Shown: in pieces, positions 57,195 to 64,000 of the stretch
Layout of the letters: every line of letters starts with the position of its first letter
Position numbering within the stretch: position 1 is the first letter of the stretch
The notes under the pieces: model-generated
Told to the model about the DNA's origin: nothing
Database searches by the model: none
The model's input: the letters and a program-made list of their open reading frames with translations, nothing else
Made by a program: the position numbers and the translations under genes
Assembly: GCA_004297305.1 (NCBI GenBank)
Contig: SCTR01000007.1
Location: 293,586-357,585 of the forward strand
Direction: 5' to 3'
From: Actinomycetota bacterium
GTDB lineage: Bacteria; Actinomycetota; Actinomycetes; S36-B12; FW305-bin1
DNA: 64,000 bases

Positions 57195-58850
57195 GTGCCC
57201 TACGACGACGAGATCCGCGCTCGCACAGTCGACGAACGCCTCAACGCCCTGCACACCGAACTGGCTGCGGTGACCGCGCAGAACCAGCGCCTCGTCGCCA
57301 CGCTGCGAGAGGCCCGTGAGCAGATCGTCACGCTCAAGCAGGAGGTCGACCGGCTCGCGGAACCGCCCAGCGGCTACGGGGTGTTCCTGGAGGCCTTCGA
57401 CGACGGCACCGTGGACGTGTTCACCGGCAATCGGAAGATGCGGGTGGTCGTCAGTCCCGACGTCGACGCCGCCGAACTGCGGCCCGGCCAGGAGGTCGTG
57501 CTCAACGAGGCGCTGAATGTCGTGGCGGCACGCCACTTCGAGCGCGTCGGCGAGATCGTCATGCTCAAGGAGCTGCTCGACGACGGCGAGCGCGCGTTGG
57601 TGATCGGACACACCGACGACGAGCGCGTGGTGCGGCTGGCCGAACCGCTGCGCTCGGCGAACATCCGCGCCGGCGACTCGTTGCTGCTGGAGCCTCGCTC
57701 GGCGTACGTCTACGAGCGGATCCCGAAGTCCGAGGTCGAGGAACTCGTCCTCGAAGAGGTCCCCGACATCCGGTACGAGGACATCGGGGGCCTGGGTCCG
57801 CAGATCGGTCAGATCAAGGACGCCGTCGAGCTGCCCTTCCTGCACCCGGACCTGTTCCGTGAGCACCAGCTGGCCCCGCCGAAGGGCATCCTGCTGTACG
57901 GCCCGCCCGGCTGCGGCAAGACGCTCATCGCCAAGGCCGTCGCGAACTCGTTGGCCCGCAAGGTCGCCGAGCAGACCGGAGTCGAACAGGGCCGTTCCTG
58001 GTTCCTCAACATCAAGGGCCCGGAACTGCTCAACAAGTACGTCGGCGAGACCGAGCGGCACATCAGGCTGATCTTCCAGCGGGCCCGGGAGAAGGCCAGC
58101 GAAGGTATGCCGGTCATCGTCTTCTTCGACGAGATGGATTCCCTGTTCCGCACCCGCGGCTCCGGGGTGTCCAGCGACGTGGAGAACACGATCGTTCCGC
58201 AGTTGCTCAGCGAGATCGACGGCGTCGAAGGCCTGGAAAACGTCATCGTCATCGGTGCCTCCAACCGCGAGGACATGATCGACCCGGCGATCCTGCGCCC
58301 CGGCCGGCTCGACGTGAAGATCAAGATCGAGCGGCCCGACGCGCAGGCGGCCAGCGACATCTTCTCCAAGTACCTCCTGGTGGACCTGCCGCTGCATGCC
58401 GACGACCTTGCCGAGCACAGCGGCTCTCGCGCCGCCACGGTCGCCGCGATGATCCAGCGCACCGTCGAGCGCATGTACACCGAGATCGAGGACAACCGAT
58501 TCCTCGAGGTGACGTACGCCAACGGCGACAAGGAGACCTTGTACTTCAAGGACTTCAACTCCGGCGCGATGATCGAGAACATCGTGGCGCGCGCGAAGAA
58601 GATGGCCATCAAGGACTTCCTCGACCACGGTCAGCGCGGCATCCGGGTCCAGCACATGCTGGCGGCGTGCGTCGACGAGTTCCGCGAGAACGAGGACCTG
58701 CCGAACACCACAAACCCGGACGACTGGGCTCGCATCTCCGGCAAGAAGGGCGAGCGCATCGTGTTCATCCGGACCCTCGTGCAGGGCAAGCAGGGGACCG
58801 AAGCGGGACGGTCCATCGACACCGTCGCCAACACCGGTCAGTACCTGTAG
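57195..58850 (+). CDS. mpa: proteasome-associated AAA ATPase Mpa/ARC
   Basis: 551 aa. Coiled coil, OB domains, Walker [10 protein letters not shown], and the C-terminal proteasome-docking motif GQYL. GTG start after gggagg. Confidence 0.95.
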   Translation: MPYDDEIRARTVDERLNALHTELAAVTAQNQRLVATLREAREQIVTLKQEVDRLAEPPSGYGVFLEAFDDGTVDVFTGNRKMRVVVSPDVDAAELRPGQEVVLNEALNVVAARHFERVGEIVMLKELLDDGERALVIGHTDDERVVRLAEPLRSANIRAGDSLLLEPRSAYVYERIPKSEVEELVLEEVPDIRYEDIGGLGPQIGQIKDAVELPFLHPDLFREHQLAPPKGILLYGPPGCGKTLIAKAVANSLARKVAEQTGVEQGRSWFLNIKGPELLNKYVGETERHIRLIFQRAREKASEGMPVIVFFDEMDSLFRTRGSGVSSDVENTIVPQLLSEIDGVEGLENVIVIGASNREDMIDPAILRPGRLDVKIKIERPDAQAASDIFSKYLLVDLPLHADDLAEHSGSRAATVAAMIQRTVERMYTEIEDNRFLEVTYANGDKETLYFKDFNSGAMIENIVARAKKMAIKDFLDHGQRGIRVQHMLAACVDEFRENEDLPNTTNPDDWARISGKKGERIVFIRTLVQGKQGTEAGRSIDTVANTGQYL

Positions 58851-58896
58851 TCCGCACTGCTCTGTAGTTCGCACCGCTGAGCCGTACCCTCGAAGC

Positions 58897-60417
58897 GTGA
58901 GCGTCCGCCGGGTCATGGGCATCGAGACCGAGTACGGCATCTCCGTGCCCGGCCATCCGCACGTCAACGCCATGCTCACCTCCTCGCAGCTGGTCAACGC
59001 CTATGGCGCGGCCATGCTTGGCGAGCGCCGCGGCAAGCCGCGCTGGGACTACGACGAGGAGACGCCGCTACGCGACGCGCGCGGCTTCGACATGTCCCGG
59101 GCTGACGCCGACCCGACGCAGCTCACCGACGAAGACCTCGGCCTGGCCAACCTCATCCTCACCAACGGCGCGCGGCTGTACGTCGACCACGCCCATCCGG
59201 AGTACTCCAGCCCGGAAGTGACCAACCCACGCGACGGGGTGCTGTGGGACAAGGCCGGCGAACGCATCATGGAACGCGCGGCCGCGCTGGCCGCCGCCGT
59301 GCCGGGAACCCGTCCGATCCAGCTGTACAAGAACAACACCGACAACAAGGGCGCGTCGTACGGCACGCACGAGAACTACCTCATGCGCCGCGAGACGCCG
59401 TTCGCCGACATCGTGCGGCATCTCACGCCGTTCTTCGTCAGCCGCCAGGTGATCACCGGCGCCGGGCGCGTCGGGCTCGGGCAGGACGGCCGCCGAGACG
59501 GCTTCCAGCTGTCGCAGCGGGCCGACTTCTTCGAGGTCGAGGTCGGGCTGGAGACCACGCTCAAGCGCCCGATCATCAACACCCGGGACGAACCGCACGC
59601 CGATCCCGACCGGTACCGCCGGCTGCACGTCATCGTCGGCGACGCCAACCTCAGCGAGATCTCGACGTACCTCAAACTCGGCACCACCTCACTGGTCCTG
59701 GCGATGATCGAAGACGGTGTCCTCGACCTCCAGCTGATGCCGGACCGGCCGGTCGCGGCGATGCACGCGGTGTCGCACGACGTCGGCCTACGGCAGTTGA
59801 TCCCGCTGCGGTCCGGCCGGAAGCTGACGGCGGTGCAACTGCAGCTGGAGTACTGCGAGCAGGCGCGCAAGTACGTCGACGACCGGTACGGCGAGGACGT
59901 GGACGAGCAGACCGCCGACGTACTGGCACGCTGGGAGTCGGTCCTGACCCGGCTGGACAGCGACCCGATGTCGCTGTCGCGCGAACTGGACTGGGTCGCC
60001 AAGCTCGCCATCCTCGAGGGCTACCGCAGCCGGGACGGGCTGGACTGGGACTCACCGCGCCTGCACCTGGTGGATCTGCAGTACTCCGACGTCCGGCGCG
60101 GCCGCGGCCTCGCGGCACGGTTGGAGGACCGCGGACACCTGCTGCGGCTGACCACCGACGCCGAAGTCGACCACGCGGTGAGCCGGCCCCCGGAGGACAC
60201 CCGCGCCTGGTTCCGGGGTGAGTGTCTGCGCCGCTACGGCGATTCCGTCACCGCGGCGTCCTGGGACTCGGTGATCTTCGACATTCCCGGGCGTGACGCC
60301 CTGCAGCGGGTCCCGACGCTGGAACCGCTGCGGGGGACCAGATCCCACGTCGGCGACCTGCTCGACTCCTGCCCGACCGCCGTCGACCTCGTACGTGCGC
60401 TGACCGACCGCCGCTGA
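58897..60417 (+). CDS. dop: Pup deamidase/depupylase Dop
   Basis: 506 aa. [11 protein letters not shown]-terminus and the Dop-specific loop region ([25 protein letters not shown]). Close overall similarity to Dop as I remember the M. tuberculosis sequence. Confidence 0.92.
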   Translation: MSVRRVMGIETEYGISVPGHPHVNAMLTSSQLVNAYGAAMLGERRGKPRWDYDEETPLRDARGFDMSRADADPTQLTDEDLGLANLILTNGARLYVDHAHPEYSSPEVTNPRDGVLWDKAGERIMERAAALAAAVPGTRPIQLYKNNTDNKGASYGTHENYLMRRETPFADIVRHLTPFFVSRQVITGAGRVGLGQDGRRDGFQLSQRADFFEVEVGLETTLKRPIINTRDEPHADPDRYRRLHVIVGDANLSEISTYLKLGTTSLVLAMIEDGVLDLQLMPDRPVAAMHAVSHDVGLRQLIPLRSGRKLTAVQLQLEYCEQARKYVDDRYGEDVDEQTADVLARWESVLTRLDSDPMSLSRELDWVAKLAILEGYRSRDGLDWDSPRLHLVDLQYSDVRRGRGLAARLEDRGHLLRLTTDAEVDHAVSRPPEDTRAWFRGECLRRYGDSVTAASWDSVIFDIPGRDALQRVPTLEPLRGTRSHVGDLLDSCPTAVDLVRALTDRR

Positions 60418-60426
60418 CCTGCGCCA

Positions 60427-60502
60427 GCTTCCCTTCCCGGGCTGCACCGCCACCTTCCAGTCCCGGGCCACCGCCTGCTTCCCTTCCCGGGCCACCGCCT
60501 GC
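60427..60502. repeat. direct repeats in the dop-pup spacer
   Basis: gcttcccttcccgggc at 60427-60442 and 60477-60492. tcccgggccaccgcctgc at 60461-60478 and 60485-60502. Confidence 0.6.
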
Positions 60503-60845
60503 CCAAGCCGGTCGCCTGACCCGAGCCGCCGCTGTGCCAGCGCCATCACGGACCTGCCGCGCGATGCCTTGCCCAAGCCGTGGAACGTCTGCGCCGGCCG
60601 CGGCCGGGCAGCACGGCGGTGGTCGGTCCGGGATGACGCGGCCGAGAGCACGGCATGGGGCGGTCCGGGACGTCGTACGCCGGGAACAGCCGGGCTCCGG
60701 ACTTGGTTCGGTTTCGTTGCACCACGATGGGTAGGGTCGCCGTGTTCGTCCGTGGTACGTCGGGTGCCGACGGCGTTGCCGACCAGGTGCCCGGACCGGA
60801 GTGCCTTCCCGATGCCGGGACGGCGCAGCAGCACGAGGAGGCGCT

Positions 60846-61052
60846 ATGGCGACCCAGGACAACAGCGAGCAGCGCCGCTCGGCGACGACCGAGGACGAGG
60901 TCGCCGAGGTCGACGAGCGGGCAGCCGATGCTGCGGCCCGCAAGGCGGACCTCGATGCGGACGTCGACTCGATCCTTGACGAGATCGACGAAGTGCTCGA
61001 GGAGAACGCCGAGGACTTCGTCCGCTCCTTCGTCCAGAAGGGCGGGGAATGA
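60846..61052 (+). CDS. pup: prokaryotic ubiquitin-like protein Pup (C-terminal GGE)
   Basis: 68 aa, acidic. Ends in FVQKGGE. SD gaggagg upstream. The stop overlaps the prcB ATG (ATGA). Confidence 0.9.
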   Translation: MATQDNSEQRRSATTEDEVAEVDERAADAAARKADLDADVDSILDEIDEVLEENAEDFVRSFVQKGGE

Positions 61053-61906
61053 GCCCGATGGACCCGTCCCGGACGCCGGGTGGGCTGCCCACGGCGTTCC
61101 TGACACCCGGAGGTTCGTCGTTCAGCGAGTTCCTCCGCGACCACGCCCCGACGCTGCTGCCTGACGGCCGGCCGGGCTTCGGCACGGGAAGCACGCCGGC
61201 GGTACCGCACGGGACGACGATCGTCGCGGTGACGTACCCCGGCGGGGTCGTCCTGGCCGGCGACCGGCGCGCGACGATGGGCAACATCATCGCTCAGCGC
61301 GACATCGAGAAGGTGTTCCCCGCCGACGAGCACTCCGCGGTCGGCATCGCCGGGACAGCCGGGCTCGCCGTCGAACTGGTCCGCCTCTTCCAGGTCGAAC
61401 TGGAGCACTACGAGAAGATCGAGGGCGCGCAACTTTCGTTGGACGGCAAGGCGAATCGCTTGTCGACGCTGCTGCGCGGCAACCTCGGAATGGCGATGCA
61501 GGGCCTGGCGGTCGTACCCCTGTTCGCGGGGTACGACCTGTTCAGCGGCGACGGCCGGATCTTCTCGTACGACGTGACCGGCGGCCGCTACGAAGAGCAT
61601 TCCTACTACTCGGTCGGGTCCGGTTCGCTGTTCGCCCGGGGCGCCTTGAAGAAGCTGTACCAGCGCGACCTCACCGAGACCGACGCGGTCCGGGTCGTGG
61701 TCGAGGCGCTGTACGACGCTGCCGACGACGACTCGGCGACCGGGGGACCGGATCTGACCCGCCGGATCTACCCGGTGATCACCATCGTGGACGTCGACGG
61801 CTTCCGGCGGCTTCCCGACGCCACGGTCGAGCCGCTGGTGCGCTCGGTCCTTGAAGCGCGGCTCGCGTCACCTGACGGACCTCACGCACCCCTGCCGCGG
61901 TCCTGA
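61049..61906 (+). CDS. prcB: proteasome subunit beta
   Basis: 285 aa. Propeptide followed by the HG/TTIVAV processing site and GDRRAT. Confidence 0.92.
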   Translation: MSPMDPSRTPGGLPTAFLTPGGSSFSEFLRDHAPTLLPDGRPGFGTGSTPAVPHGTTIVAVTYPGGVVLAGDRRATMGNIIAQRDIEKVFPADEHSAVGIAGTAGLAVELVRLFQVELEHYEKIEGAQLSLDGKANRLSTLLRGNLGMAMQGLAVVPLFAGYDLFSGDGRIFSYDVTGGRYEEHSYYSVGSGSLFARGALKKLYQRDLTETDAVRVVVEALYDAADDDSATGGPDLTRRIYPVITIVDVDGFRRLPDATVEPLVRSVLEARLASPDGPHAPLPRS

Positions 61907-61928
61907 CATGCCCGCCATTCCGAACGCG

Positions 61929-62036
61929 GTCGGCACAGTCCACACGCGAGCCGTTGCCGCCGGGGTCGGCACAGGCCGCACGCGAGCCGTCGCCGCCGAG
62001 GTCGGCACAGTCCACACGCGAGCCGTCGCTGACGTG
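61929..62036. repeat. 36-bp x3 tandem repeat in the prcB-prcA spacer
   Basis: gtcggcacagtccacacgcgagccgttgccgccggg / gtcggcacaggccgcacgcgagccgtcgccgccgag / gtcggcacagtccacacgcgagccgtcgctgacgtg, in exact 36-nt register. Confidence 0.95.
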
Positions 62037-62055
62037 CCGCGCCTACTCGACCCCG

Positions 62056-62108
62056 CCCGCTGAGACGAACCCACCCGCTGACAAGAACCGCCCGCCGAGA
62101 CGAACCCA
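62056..62108. repeat. 17-18-bp x3 tandem repeat in the prcB-prcA spacer
   Basis: ccgctgagacgaacccac / ccgctgacaagaaccgc / ccgccgagacgaacccac. Confidence 0.8.
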
Positions 62109-62169
62109 CCGCCGGCCCACGACCGGTCCCGCTGCCTACCTGCCGCGACCTGCCTGAGGAGAGACCACT

Positions 62170-62940
62170 GTGAGCGTGCCCTTCTACGTCTCGCCCGAGC
62201 AGATCATGAAGGACAAGGCCGACTACGCGCGCAAGGGGATCGCGCGCGGCCGCAGCGTCGTGGTCGTGCAGTACGACGGCGGCATCCTGTTCGTCGCGGA
62301 GAACCCGTCCCGCGCGCTGCACAAGGTCTCGGAGATCTACGACCGGCTGGCCTTCGCCGCGGTGGGCAAGTACAACGAGTTCGAGAATCTCCGCGTCGCC
62401 GGCGTTCGACTGGCTGACCTGCGCGGGTATTCGTACGACCGACGCGACGTCACCGTCCGGAGCCTGGCCAATGCCTATGCCCAGACGCTGGGGACGATCT
62501 TCACGGAGACGCCGAAGCCGTACGAGGTCGAGATCGTCGTCGCCGAAGTCGGCGACACCCCCGACGGCGACCAGCTCTACCGGCTGACCTTCGACGGCTC
62601 GGTGGCCGACGAACACGGATTCGTCGCCATGGGCGGGCAGGCTGAGCAACTGACCGCCGCGCTGACCGAGCGCTGGGCGCCAGGGCTCAGCCTCGACCAG
62701 GCATTGCGGTTGTCGGTCGACCAGCTCGCCCTCGCCGGGCCGTCCGGCAACGGCGAGCCTCGTACGCTCACGCCGTCACAGCTGGAGGCCGCGATCCTCG
62801 ACCGTGCGCGGCCGGGCCGGAAGTTCCGACGTCTGGCCGGGGCGCGCCTCGCCAGCCTCCTGGGAGTCGAGGACGACACCCCCGCCGGCCCCGCCGGCCC
62901 CACTGAGACCGGCCCAGTGGGCGACCCCGGCATCATCTAG
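62170..62940 (+). CDS. prcA: proteasome subunit alpha
   Basis: 256 aa. [29 protein letters not shown]-terminus. GTG start with gaggag SD at 62155-62160. Confidence 0.92.
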   Translation: MSVPFYVSPEQIMKDKADYARKGIARGRSVVVVQYDGGILFVAENPSRALHKVSEIYDRLAFAAVGKYNEFENLRVAGVRLADLRGYSYDRRDVTVRSLANAYAQTLGTIFTETPKPYEVEIVVAEVGDTPDGDQLYRLTFDGSVADEHGFVAMGGQAEQLTAALTERWAPGLSLDQALRLSVDQLALAGPSGNGEPRTLTPSQLEAAILDRARPGRKFRRLAGARLASLLGVEDDTPAGPAGPTETGPVGDPGII

Positions 62941-64000
62941 CTAGCCGGGTTCGCCGGGGCGCCGGAAGTACGGGGCAGCCGCCGATCCACTGAGCCGCCA
63001 ACCGCCTTCGTGGACGGCATGGTGGTGCCGCAGGCAGAGTCCGAGCAGATTCGCCAGGTCCGTCTTGCCGCCGCGAGACCACTCGACGATGTGGTGGACC
63101 TCAGCAATCCCACGGTCGCACCCGGGGAATCGGCAGTGCTGATCCCGCAACCAGACCGCCTTACGCTGGCCGCCGCTGACAGTTCGGGTAGCCCGGCCCA
63201 GGTCGAGCGGCACGCCAGCGGAACCGAGCACGACCGGCACGATCCCAGCATCACAAGCCAGCCGGCGCGCCATTGCTGCGGTGATGAGAGTCGTCTGCGG
63301 CGCCGGACCGCTGTCCGAACCGGGCGCCACGAGATGGAGCACGGCCGGTCGCTCGCCGGGCGGGGCGCCGGAACGGATAACGAGCGCACGCCGACCAACG
63401 CGGCCCCCTGCTGGGCCGCCGACCACCTGCCGGAACTCCCGTGCCGTGGTCTCCCGCCACCGCCCCGGCTCGGGTCCGGGCTCATGCACCCGCACCAGCT
63501 CTGGCCCTTGCCCTTGCCCTTGCCCTTGCGCCGGTTCCGGCTCTGACTTTTGCCCTTGCCCTTGCGCCGGTTCCGGCTCTGGCCCTTGCCCCTGCTCCGA
63601 CAGCATCACGTGCCGTTGCCCCTGCGCCGGTTCCGGCTCTTGCCCTTGGCCCTGCGCTCGTCCCGGCTGTTGCTCCCGGTCCTGCTTGTCCTCATGGACG
63701 GGCTGATCCCAGATCGCCCGAGCGTGGGCATCCGTCTGTCCTCGTCGCGGGCAAGCCGTCGCTGTCGCGGGATCGGGGGGCTCGTGCTGGCCGGGCACGC
63801 CTCGCAGGCCACCTGCCTCTGGCAGGCCGGCCACATTTCGACTCTGACGCATCAAGGTCTCGACGTCCATCGTCACGAACACGGTGGGCCGCAGTCCGTC
63901 GACGAGTCCCAGGCGGTCGGTACCCATCGTGGCGACGGCGCTGTCGGCGAGCAGCCGGACGGCAGCGACGTTCCGTCGCGACAACGGTTCGCGGATCCAC
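62941..64000 (-). CDS. DUF222/HNH endonuclease family protein (REP13E12-like), 5' end outside the window
   Basis: C-terminal HNH motif CRFPGCDRGIAEVHHIVEWSRGGKTDLANLLGLCLRHHHAVH. The frame stays open to position 64000. The stop codon directly abuts the prcA stop (TAGCTAG). Confidence 0.8.
   Translation of the reverse strand, partial: WIREPLSRRNVAAVRLLADSAVATMGTDRLGLVDGLRPTVFVTMDVETLMRQSRNVAGLPEAGGLRGVPGQHEPPDPATATACPRRGQTDAHARAIWDQPVHEDKQDREQQPGRAQGQGQEPEPAQGQRHVMLSEQGQGPEPEPAQGQGQKSEPEPAQGQGQGQGPELVRVHEPGPEPGRWRETTAREFRQVVGGPAGGRVGRRALVIRSGAPPGERPAVLHLVAPGSDSGPAPQTTLITAAMARRLACDAGIVPVVLGSAGVPLDLGRATRTVSGGQRKAVWLRDQHCRFPGCDRGIAEVHHIVEWSRGGKTDLANLLGLCLRHHHAVHEGGWRLSGSAAAPYFRRPGEPG
63503..63660. 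repeat. intragenic repeat (36-nt register) in the HNH/DUF222 gene
   Basis: The 18-mer tgcgccggttccggctct occurs at 63527, 63563 and 63623. Encodes the EPEPAQGQGQ-type low-complexity linker. Confidence 0.8.

Noticed and set aside
56265-58997. Very long antisense ORFs: 910 aa opposite trmI/mpa, 44953-47247 opposite metH, 8261-10210 across fabG1/inhA, 26269-28065, 37894-39879, the 5' part of 18806-21325, and many shorter ones
   Set aside because: Their products are low-complexity Arg/Pro/Gly/Ala strings with no motifs. Each lies opposite or out of frame to a gene with clear family signatures. Stop-codon scarcity at roughly 70 percent GC explains them.
60846-61052. Pup ending in GGE rather than GGQ as a novelty
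   Set aside because: Both C-terminal variants are well known among Actinobacteria. GGE simply means deamidation by Dop is not needed before ligation.
39907-62108. Possible CRISPR arrays among the tandem repeats
   Set aside because: The repeat units are directly adjacent with no unique spacers of 25-40 nt, copy numbers are only 2-4, and there are no cas genes in the window. They are simple tandem repeats.
62941-64000. Absence of pafA, pafBC and tatAC downstream of prcA as a rearrangement
   Set aside because: The window ends about 1 kb after prcA. In several actinobacteria, including M. tuberculosis as I recall, pafA is not adjacent to prcA. Absence cannot be judged from this window.

Overview
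High-GC (about 70 percent from hand counts on a few lines, not computed) chromosomal segment from an actinobacterium. Mycothiol ligase mshC, a complete Pup-proteasome cluster, a deazaflavin-type nitroreductase and fabG1-inhA support that assignment. I call about 63 protein-coding genes or pseudogenes and one tRNA-Leu(GAG). Most of it is conserved housekeeping: moaA, tldD/pmbA, fabG1-inhA, serB, NfeD-SPFH, uppP, corA, mshC, gnd-zwf-pgi, metH, a MacB-type ABC pair, and trmI-mpa-dop-pup-prcB-prcA. The gene order resembles, from memory, the mycobacterial metH-to-proteasome region. I see no CRISPR array, prophage, integrase, transposase or recognisable defence island. No clearly novel multi-gene system is visible, and I do not claim one. 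Points worth a second look: (1) a three-gene set of unknown function (histidine-phosphatase-type phosphomutase, DUF3090, PI3/4-kinase-like SCO1664 family) packed against mshC. (2) Many unrelated short tandem repeats at gene boundaries, including a 263-nt prcB-prcA spacer with a 36-bp x3 in-phase repeat, a 428-nt repeat-bearing dop-pup spacer, and a 16-nt identity linking two of the arrays. (3) A roughly 600-nt leader full of GNRA-capped hairpins ahead of a frameshifted MFS gene. (4) A frameshifted HEAT-repeat gene in a lower-GC patch at the 3' side of the tRNA. (5) A RecD-like protein with a degenerate Walker A motif in an overlapping operon. (6) A DUF222/HNH (REP13E12-like) gene abutting the prcA stop codon. 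Start codons are often uncertain because the ORF track reports the most upstream candidate. Many long ORFs in the track are GC-rich shadow frames and were discarded.
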